From assembly GCF_000092105.1 (NCBI RefSeq), contig NC_014148.1, forward strand, positions 2,970,001 to 3,002,000: a stretch of 32,000 nt of DNA, given 5' to 3'. The notes under the pieces are model-generated. The model was not told the DNA's origin. It was given only the letters and a program-made list of their open reading frames with translations, and made no database searches. Positions 26,801 to 32,000 of the stretch are shown here, piece by piece; position 1 is the stretch's first letter, and the number at the start of each line of letters is the position of its first letter. This DNA is from Planctopirus limnophila DSM 3776. GTDB lineage: Bacteria; Planctomycetota; Planctomycetia; Planctomycetales; Planctomycetaceae. Both the position numbers and the translations under genes were made by a program.

Positions 26801-28423
26801 CGCCCCGGTGAAGATGGAACGACGGGAGACCTGAAGGCCGATAACGAACGTCCTCAGAATTCACCCGCTGGTAAGGCAGATCCTGGTGCCTCCAGCCCGA
26901 AGAATGCCCCCAAGAGCCCAGCTCCACCATCTTCTGATGAAATGCCTCCGTCCGATCAACGGCCTCAAGATGCTTCGGCAGGTGAACGAGGTATGGATCG
27001 ACAGGCACAAAAGACAAACACTCCCGGGGAACCTTTGGAGCAATCTCCCAATCAACAACCGTCTGCCCGGCCGAATCCCGATCCTCAGGACGTTCCTGCC
27101 GGAAGTGGTGAGAAGATGCGCGGCGAACCAGGGAAACCGCCCAAGGCCAATCAGAAATCACAGCAGGCCGAAAGTGGTGAAGCTGGTCAATCATCCGCCA
27201 ATCCGGATGGCGCGGATGGCATGGCGGAAGGGAGTGGCAACGACACATCTTCCGAGCGAGCCAAACCCGGAGAAGCGGGAAGACCAGGAACCAGCACTGC
27301 AAAAGAGAATGGAGCACCAGCCACTGGGAGCCAGCAGAAACCTTCCGGAGAAAAACCAACTGGTTCGAAAACAGGATCACAGCAGAAATCGGGAGGCAAT
27401 GACCAGCCAGAAGGTGGTGAGCCAGCGGGGATGAACTCACCGGCAGATGGAAAAAATGGGAGTCAACCACCTGCTAACCCGGCAGATGCAAAAGGGGGGG
27501 CGTCAAAAACAGGTAGCGCTCCAGAGAATTCACCGCCAGGCAGCAGCAAGGAAAAGACATCTGGAGAAGGCAATTCGCCTTCCAATCCCTCTGGTAATAA
27601 AACTCCGGGCAACAAGCCTGCAGGCAAGGAAGCTGCCGGTGGCCAGGGCGATAAAGGCAACCAGAGCGGTGGCAAAGGTGGCCAGGGTGGTGATAAAGGT
27701 CAGGGTGGCGAGAAGGGCCAGGGCGGCGAAGGTAGCGACGCTGGCCAGAGTAATGGAAAAGGTGGTGGGAAAGGTGGATCGTCACCAGCTTCTGGCACGC
27801 CTTCCAGTTCCGGAGCATCATCTGGCGAGCCTTCCGGTCAGTCATCGTCAGCCACTGGCGGTGGTGCCGGTGGTGAGATGACACCACGGGGTTCCGCTGA
27901 CAATTCCTCCAATGCCAAGGGGGCATCGGGTGGAAAGGAAGGTCGCGAGAATCAGGCAGCAAATGGCCCAGCTGCGAATGCACCGGCCGATCAAAATCAG
28001 GCCAACCCTGAGTTTGAAAAAGAGGCCGCAGAGTTAGTGCTCGATCAATTGGAGCGGCAACTGGAACGTGGCCAGGTTGATCAGAAACTACTGGATGATC
28101 TCGGCTGGAATGAGCAGCAGATGCGATCGTTTGCGAAGCGGATGCGAGAGCAGATAAATGCCGCCAAATCGACAGATCCCACACCAGAAGATCTGTTGAG
28201 AAAACGTCAGTTTGAAGAGATGCTCGAATCGGCCAGGATTTCCCGACAGAGAGTGGAAGCTCAAGGAAAAGCTGTGCCACAGCGCGATATCGACCAGGCC
28301 GGAAGTCGCCGTTCACAGGTTCCGGAACAATATCGCCAGCGATTTGAGGCCTACACACGTGGTGTTCAGAAAAAATCTGCAACACCCGCACCTCCATCGC
28401 CAACCCCTGCCCCGAAGCCATGA
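23813..28423 (+). CDS. DUF4175-like giant membrane protein with an approximately 870-aa low-complexity polar spacer
   Basis: This is a 1536-aa ORF with ATG at 23813 and AGAGAGG upstream. Three N-terminal TM helices are followed by SPLYAAKELETAVPALRRNLVNLVDLQ, which resembles the DUF4175 N-terminal motif. A beta-rich region of about 330 aa comes next, then the Ser/Gly/Pro/Asn/Gln/Lys/Glu/Asp tract. A structured helical C-terminus follows (ELVLDQLERQLERG...VPEQYRQRFEAYTRG). Confidence 0.85.
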   Translation: MATIQPSDESPAFVDFDEFVAYQLGEVKSAVRSTDLTTAIVGSFAWVSALCALFVISDQWLFADGWSMVARWIWLAILVSGLGWWLTRTLLHPLLRKVSPLYAAKELETAVPALRRNLVNLVDLQAAGRPVAPAVLKALQKRAAVSLEEVQPRQAIDHTHLLWVSCALLATVVLLAVYAVMSPKPIWPSLWRMIPFTSIDAPTETLIREVTPGSTVRLAGSMLDVEAQLAGRIPEIVELKFTTVDQQFVDETVRMAPVGQGGARFEARLLGERGEGFTQSFSYYIQAGDARSANYQVSIVTPPHANVEEVEIQAPAYTGIEKQVSRGGAIHAWVGSEVKIRALANQPVTSATMIFFDDDGMTPTGEELPVRLSQNRELTADYRPQLREDGTYARYYSIIVRTAGGETDPAPTIYPIALQIDQPPEIRMVIPENDVAAAANSTVGFVFTARDVDFLLGPMTLIAEKQGQIIAREELAAGGVSQQTAKTTLRLDRFALQENDELKVYATVQDNRQPTPNTARSDARLIRIQGVLPPQKQQEQRQQAEKQAQQVEEQARQKAAQNQAGNEPPADPAQQDPGQAPEAMSDRPQEGEGNPGQNANDPTRAKDSRAGEGMNQNEPQSRDDNPPSDRSDNANGKPGEERGEPSENNRTEGKSASERKGENQDLSRQQNNDSGSKTSPENTPADPKNQSGSSGQPKSNQQNSGPQNSGPQNKGQQGSNKSDQGLSPNGEDDSEALKRLLEKARQESRQANSKGQESGNQSRQEQKSQPENEADKSSSAGQSDGRKRGDEGSSKESMTEDSTNSSKGNSAENQPPRNDSRQGESSQKSPAEMNDPQSSKEPASPKEKMAEGQTKTPGDSQPESAETGDTGKPSSPQSKNSSQPMSGSEKDSQSKANGEKSASAGDENSSAKNQGASGNESAKNGKGSRPNDQSLKPNSDNPASASDPAGDPSGTDPSQRAGQKNKASDPSMGPPSEKLLGKSQEGGKDDEMPAQRRPGEDGTTGDLKADNERPQNSPAGKADPGASSPKNAPKSPAPPSSDEMPPSDQRPQDASAGERGMDRQAQKTNTPGEPLEQSPNQQPSARPNPDPQDVPAGSGEKMRGEPGKPPKANQKSQQAESGEAGQSSANPDGADGMAEGSGNDTSSERAKPGEAGRPGTSTAKENGAPATGSQQKPSGEKPTGSKTGSQQKSGGNDQPEGGEPAGMNSPADGKNGSQPPANPADAKGGASKTGSAPENSPPGSSKEKTSGEGNSPSNPSGNKTPGNKPAGKEAAGGQGDKGNQSGGKGGQGGDKGQGGEKGQGGEGSDAGQSNGKGGGKGGSSPASGTPSSSGASSGEPSGQSSSATGGGAGGEMTPRGSADNSSNAKGASGGKEGRENQAANGPAANAPADQNQANPEFEKEAAELVLDQLERQLERGQVDQKLLDDLGWNEQQMRSFAKRMREQINAAKSTDPTPEDLLRKRQFEEMLESARISRQRVEAQGKAVPQRDIDQAGSRRSQVPEQYRQRFEAYTRGVQKKSATPAPPSPTPAPKP
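25916..25960 (+). repeat. in-frame 15-bp tandem repeat (two perfect copies plus one degenerate copy)
   Basis: CAGAACAGTGGCCCG occurs at 25916-25930 and again at 25931-25945, followed by CAGAACAAGGGGCAG. The repeat encodes QNSGP-QNSGP-QNKGQ. Confidence 0.85.
27668..27739 (+). repeat. in-frame 18-bp degenerate tandem repeat, four copies
   Basis: The units are GGTGGCAAAGGTGGCCAG, GGTGGTGATAAAGGTCAG, GGTGGCGAGAAGGGCCAG and GGCGGCGAAGGTAGCGAC. They encode GGKGGQ-GGDKGQ-GGEKGQ-GGEGSD. Confidence 0.7.
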
Positions 28424-28480
28424 TCACATCTACGTATCTTCTACATATCCCACGAAATCAGAGTGGGCTGTTGATTGCGG

Positions 28481-28515
28481 AACATGCTTGCCCAGAGCTG
28501 CAAGCATGGCACACA
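28481..28515 (+). repeat. 35-nt palindromic intergenic element, copy B (REP-like hairpin; likely bidirectional terminator between convergent genes)
   Basis: The sequence is AACATGCTTGCcCAGAGCtGCAAGCATGGCACACA. The stem is 28483-28491 / 28500-28508. It sits in the 102-nt gap between the stop at 28423 (+) and the stop at 28526 (-). Confidence 0.65.
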
Positions 28516-28525
28516 GCCCTGTATG

Positions 28526-31500
28526 TCAGGGGATCGGCTGGAAGGTTTGTAAAGGTGGTGGCCGAACGTTGCTCGCAGGATTAAAGGCACTCAGAAACTG
28601 TTTCAATGCATCATCCAGTTCTGGCACTGGTTTCATGCGGGAAACGGGGCTGCCCACATTTCCTCGAACTTCGACCCCGACCCAGCCACGACTGAGTGCA
28701 CCGACCACTTCATGAATCACAGGAATGCGTACCTGATTTCTCGCCAGCATCGAATAAAAATCGAGGACGATTCCACCATCGAAACGGATCGAGCCACGCC
28801 CCCTGAGACTGATCGCAGTCCCCACGAGGTCGATACTGCTGAAATTGAATCGTTCATCGGCAACACGGAAGTTCAAATCGACATAATCAAACGCCGCTTT
28901 CGACGCATTACCATCCAGCTGCAATGAACGGAAAATCTGCACAAAGATGGGTAACTCATAAATCGCTGCGGGGCTGATCTGTAATTGACCGGCACCAATA
29001 ATTGTCTGTGTATCGCCCGCCCTCCCCTTCAAATCCATCCAGCCATTCATCGTTCCCCGCAGATTCGACTGGCCGTTCAAATACATCTGCGCGTAGCGTT
29101 CCAGACTGGCCCGTGAGATCGTCGATTTGAGTTGCCATGCAGGAACTGCCTGATCCAGCCAGACAATCGCATCGAGTGTGACAATCCCGTCGCAAGTTTT
29201 ACCGCTGAGTCTTTCTTCCAGCGGGATGCGTCTGGGTGGTAACTCACCTTGATTCCCCGTGATCATTTCCCGGGCGCCAATCGAGAGTTCACCATTCGAT
29301 AACCGGAAAGGGCCGCGAACCACGCCAACCTGGTAACCCATCACGCGGACAAGATCAAAATCTATCGAGCCTTTGAGTTCAGTGCCTTTCGTAGAAGTTG
29401 AACCATCGCACTGCACTTTCCCGGAAACTTTTTCCAGCTTCAGGCCGGCCGTCAATTCATTCCCTGGCAATACGAATTCCAACCGCCAGGCCACATCCAG
29501 AGCCGCCTGATCCTGTCGTTCCTGCAAAAATTCGATTTGTCCATTGACCGAGAAAGTCCCCGCAGGATTCAGTGCGTCTAACGTGGGCTTCAATGAAGCG
29601 GGGACTGCACGACGAAACGCCGTCGTCACCAGCACATCATCTGCAAAAAACTCCTCGAAAACGACTCGCGATCTCCCTGTATGAAACTCGCCAAAGCCTT
29701 TCAACCGGATGGTGGTGTCATCATGCCGACCACTCAAGCGGAGAATATTGAGATCTCCCTTCTGATATTTCAGCTCTCCCTGCACATCAGTAATTGCATA
29801 AGGGAACTGCTTCAAAGCGAGATCACAACCTGTCAGGCGGAGACTGGGGATCACGACATCAACTTCCATTCCCGGTGACCAGGCCAGTTCGATGTTCGAA
29901 TCGAAACCTCCTCGCGGATTGATCTCCTGCCATGTCTTTTGCAGATGGGCTGGCAAGGCGTCGAATAATGATTGATCAAAACTTCCCTGATGGACATCAA
30001 CAATGAGATCGAGACGATCCTGCTCGGGTTGCCGCTGAAAAACACCTCGTCCTTCGAGTGCGGTCTGCCCATGAGTGGCCCGCACATCTTTCATTTCGAG
30101 TCGATTGTTCAGCCAGGTCACGACACCGCTGACATTCTGCATTTCATAAGGGAATGGCTTACATTTCAGGCGTCCGTCAAACACCTTCGCCGCCAGTTGA
30201 GTCTCCCATTTACTTCCGAGGCCTGGCGGCCGGATGATCCGTGCGACAATGTCTGACTTTCCTTCCATCTGCAGCAATCGCAACGTGTCGGCAATCGCCG
30301 GAGGGCAACTGCTTTTGAGTGTTTCATCGATGATCACGCCTCGAGTGCGAATCTCGATGGCGGCATCGGCCATGGGGCCAGGATTGATTGCAATCCCTCG
30401 GAAAATCACAGGAACTCCACCCGCCATGCCACGAGCATCGACTTCCAGTTGCCGCCCTTGCACCTGGATCTGCCCACTCACTTCCGCCACAGGATAAGGA
30501 AATTTCGCGTATCGAAAGGCACATTCCCGGCCATGAATAATCATCCGCGGCAACCACGGACTCCCTGCGTCATGCTCGATATGGCATTCCGCCCGGAACA
30601 ATCCTGTCAGCCGCAATTCTTCTGCCCATTTGCGGACAGCCGGGGGCAATCTCTGGCGTAAACCGTCGGAGAGTTCGAGTTCTTCAACTGCTGAATAAAT
30701 GCTCGTACGGCCACTTTTCCACTGATGGTCACCTCGTGCCATCCATTGGGTAAAGCCTGTGGCGGCTGTTAAGTTTTCGAGTCTGACCTCTTGGTGTGTA
30801 GCGACACAGTTGCCCTTGAGTCCGGTCAACGCCATGGGGAATGCCGCATGAGCCACTCCACCGTTCACAATCTGAGCCTGGACTTCATACTCAGGAAGAA
30901 CATCTGCAGTTTTTTGCATGGCCTTGAATGCTAAATTGGCATGCAGTTGAACTGGTGGGATCTCTGGTAACTCAGAAAATGCCTCAGGAGCATCGAGCCC
31001 CTGCATGAGCTGACTCCAGATTCGCTTCCATTGCTGATCGATCACTGGATCAAAACGTGAAGCGAAACTCCAGATCGAATTCGTGAATCTCAGACCTTGC
31101 CAGGTGCCATGCACTGACCAGAAACGTTCCTCTGTCGAGATGGTGGCATTATCGATATTCAACCGCCCGATGTCACCGATCCTGGCTTCACCTCGAATTG
31201 AAACCTGCTTGGCTGATACCGGGAAGCACGACCACGCCATGTCATCGATCGTGAGCGATATTGATTTCGAATGCGCTTCCCCCACCACCGAATGAAGTTC
31301 ATGAGCGACTTGCGCGGATGCTGGCTGTATCTGGGACTCGAGTTCAATCTGGCAACGTCCGCTCTCAATAAAAATCTCGGGCATCGCCATAGCCGATTGC
31401 CGGGCCAATGCCAGGCTCTCGAAATTCCAGTGACCATCTGCACTACGTTTAAGGTGGATATGAGGCTGGATGAGCCTCAGCTGCTCGATGACAATCAGTT

Positions 31501-31795
31501 GATGTTGAGAAAGCTGCTCACGATCTAAAGAAACAATCAATTCAGGAATCACCGCGAGCGGTAATTCCTGACCTTCGGGCGTAATCTGCAGATTAAACAG
31601 GCGAATTCGTCCACTGAAATCAAATCGGGCGCCATCCAGCGTAATGATGGAATCAGGGCAGGCTCTGGCAAATTGCCGCAAGGCTTCTTCTCGCAGCATG
31701 GCATCACTGCGGAAATAAAGTGCCCCAGCCCCACCAGCTCCGGCGATTCCCAAAAGAACGACAATCCCGAATATCCAGCGAAACGTTCTCAGCAT
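28526..31795 (-). CDS. AsmA/TamB-like large envelope protein (N-terminally anchored; tentative family call)
   Basis: This is a 1089-aa ORF with ATG at 31795-31793 and a strong AGGAGG 7 nt upstream. It has a single N-terminal TM anchor, WIFGIVVLLGIAGAGGAGALYF. A long, non-repetitive soluble region of more than 1000 aa follows, as in AsmA-like proteins. The family call rests on architecture, not on a recognised motif. Confidence 0.7.
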   Translation of the reverse strand: MLRTFRWIFGIVVLLGIAGAGGAGALYFRSDAMLREEALRQFARACPDSIITLDGARFDFSGRIRLFNLQITPEGQELPLAVIPELIVSLDREQLSQHQLIVIEQLRLIQPHIHLKRSADGHWNFESLALARQSAMAMPEIFIESGRCQIELESQIQPASAQVAHELHSVVGEAHSKSISLTIDDMAWSCFPVSAKQVSIRGEARIGDIGRLNIDNATISTEERFWSVHGTWQGLRFTNSIWSFASRFDPVIDQQWKRIWSQLMQGLDAPEAFSELPEIPPVQLHANLAFKAMQKTADVLPEYEVQAQIVNGGVAHAAFPMALTGLKGNCVATHQEVRLENLTAATGFTQWMARGDHQWKSGRTSIYSAVEELELSDGLRQRLPPAVRKWAEELRLTGLFRAECHIEHDAGSPWLPRMIIHGRECAFRYAKFPYPVAEVSGQIQVQGRQLEVDARGMAGGVPVIFRGIAINPGPMADAAIEIRTRGVIIDETLKSSCPPAIADTLRLLQMEGKSDIVARIIRPPGLGSKWETQLAAKVFDGRLKCKPFPYEMQNVSGVVTWLNNRLEMKDVRATHGQTALEGRGVFQRQPEQDRLDLIVDVHQGSFDQSLFDALPAHLQKTWQEINPRGGFDSNIELAWSPGMEVDVVIPSLRLTGCDLALKQFPYAITDVQGELKYQKGDLNILRLSGRHDDTTIRLKGFGEFHTGRSRVVFEEFFADDVLVTTAFRRAVPASLKPTLDALNPAGTFSVNGQIEFLQERQDQAALDVAWRLEFVLPGNELTAGLKLEKVSGKVQCDGSTSTKGTELKGSIDFDLVRVMGYQVGVVRGPFRLSNGELSIGAREMITGNQGELPPRRIPLEERLSGKTCDGIVTLDAIVWLDQAVPAWQLKSTISRASLERYAQMYLNGQSNLRGTMNGWMDLKGRAGDTQTIIGAGQLQISPAAIYELPIFVQIFRSLQLDGNASKAAFDYVDLNFRVADERFNFSSIDLVGTAISLRGRGSIRFDGGIVLDFYSMLARNQVRIPVIHEVVGALSRGWVGVEVRGNVGSPVSRMKPVPELDDALKQFLSAFNPASNVRPPPLQTFQPIP

Positions 31796-32000
31796 GGAGT
31801 TTCCTCCTGCCCGTTCTTCGCTAATAAAGCACCATCCGGTTGAGCGTCTAGTTTGTTACTAAAATATTTTCCTGATACAGCGATCCACCCACTGGCAGCC
31901 AGAACTGCCATGGGAAGTTCGGCAGGCAGGCGGTAACGCATCGAGCCCACAAACAGGAGATGAATCCCGGCAAAGACAAGCACTGGCATGCCACAAAACA
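31789..32000 (-). CDS. C-terminal end of an integral membrane protein (possibly PMT/GT39-type glycosyltransferase); the 5' end lies outside the window
   Basis: The frame is open to the window edge; codons upstream of the listed Met at 31989 read through. The tail, FAGIHLLFVGSMRYRLPAELPMAVLAASGWIAV, resembles the RY-x-P...LAA C-termini of GT39-like enzymes. The stop at 31789-31791 overlaps the next gene's start by 7 nt. Confidence 0.45.
   Translation of the reverse strand, partial: FCGMPVLVFAGIHLLFVGSMRYRLPAELPMAVLAASGWIAVSGKYFSNKLDAQPDGALLAKNGQEETPC

Larger units (their letters stand above)
25400..28005 (+). other. low-complexity, predicted-disordered coding tract inside the 1536-aa ORF
   Basis: By eye, about 870 consecutive residues contain no W, F, Y, C, H or I and only sporadic L, V and M. 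One short helical-looking island, EDDSEALKRLLEKARQESRQ, lies at about nt 26003-26062. Confidence 0.85.

Noticed and set aside
25317-28427. Very long antisense ORFs (717 aa at 25317-27470 and 317 aa at 27474-28427). Long alternative-frame sense ORFs also occur here, for example 26886-27434 and 27447-27881.
   Set aside because: They lie exactly over the low-complexity tract of the 1536-aa gene. Its restricted codon repertoire removes stop codons in other frames. Their translations are compositionally odd (Trp/Cys/His/Arg-rich) with no recognisable motifs. The sense ORF has structured, family-like termini on both sides.

Overview
This is a roughly 53% GC, densely coding bacterial chromosomal segment with about 21 CDS on both strands. 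By eye I find no rRNA, tRNA, CRISPR array, transposase or integrase. The gene content suggests a Planctomycetota-like genome (inference): a stand-alone FwdB/FhcB-type C1-pathway gene, BatA-N/vWA-type membrane proteins, a DUF4175-like giant protein and an AsmA-like giant protein.

Gene order:
- gnd 3' end (+)
- small Pro-rich secreted protein or lipoprotein (+)
- fwdB/fhcB-like (-)
- tRNA dihydrouridine synthase (-)
- 38-aa very basic ORF (+)
- CPA2 cation/H+ antiporter (-)
- SWIM-SNF2 helicase (-)
- LarA-like (DUF2088) protein (+)
- IMPase/HisN-family phosphatase (+)
- five-gene LIV-type ABC importer (+)
- nitrilase-superfamily C-N hydrolase (+)
- three co-directional large envelope proteins of 872, 770 and 1536 aa (+)
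- convergent AsmA-like 1089-aa protein (-), overlapped at its start by the 3' end of a membrane-protein gene that runs off the window

Most worth a second look:
1. The Bat-like three-gene envelope module has no MoxR or DUF58 partner in this window.
2. About 870 residues of the 1536-aa protein form an uninterrupted polar low-complexity tract containing in-frame tandem DNA repeats.
3. Five tandem 14-bp A-tract repeats straddle the stop codon of the 770-aa gene.
4. A 35-nt palindromic element occurs twice (33/35 identical) in two unrelated intergenic regions.
5. The FwdB homologue appears to lack the metal-ligating Cys.

All family calls come from motif recognition by eye. No searches were run.
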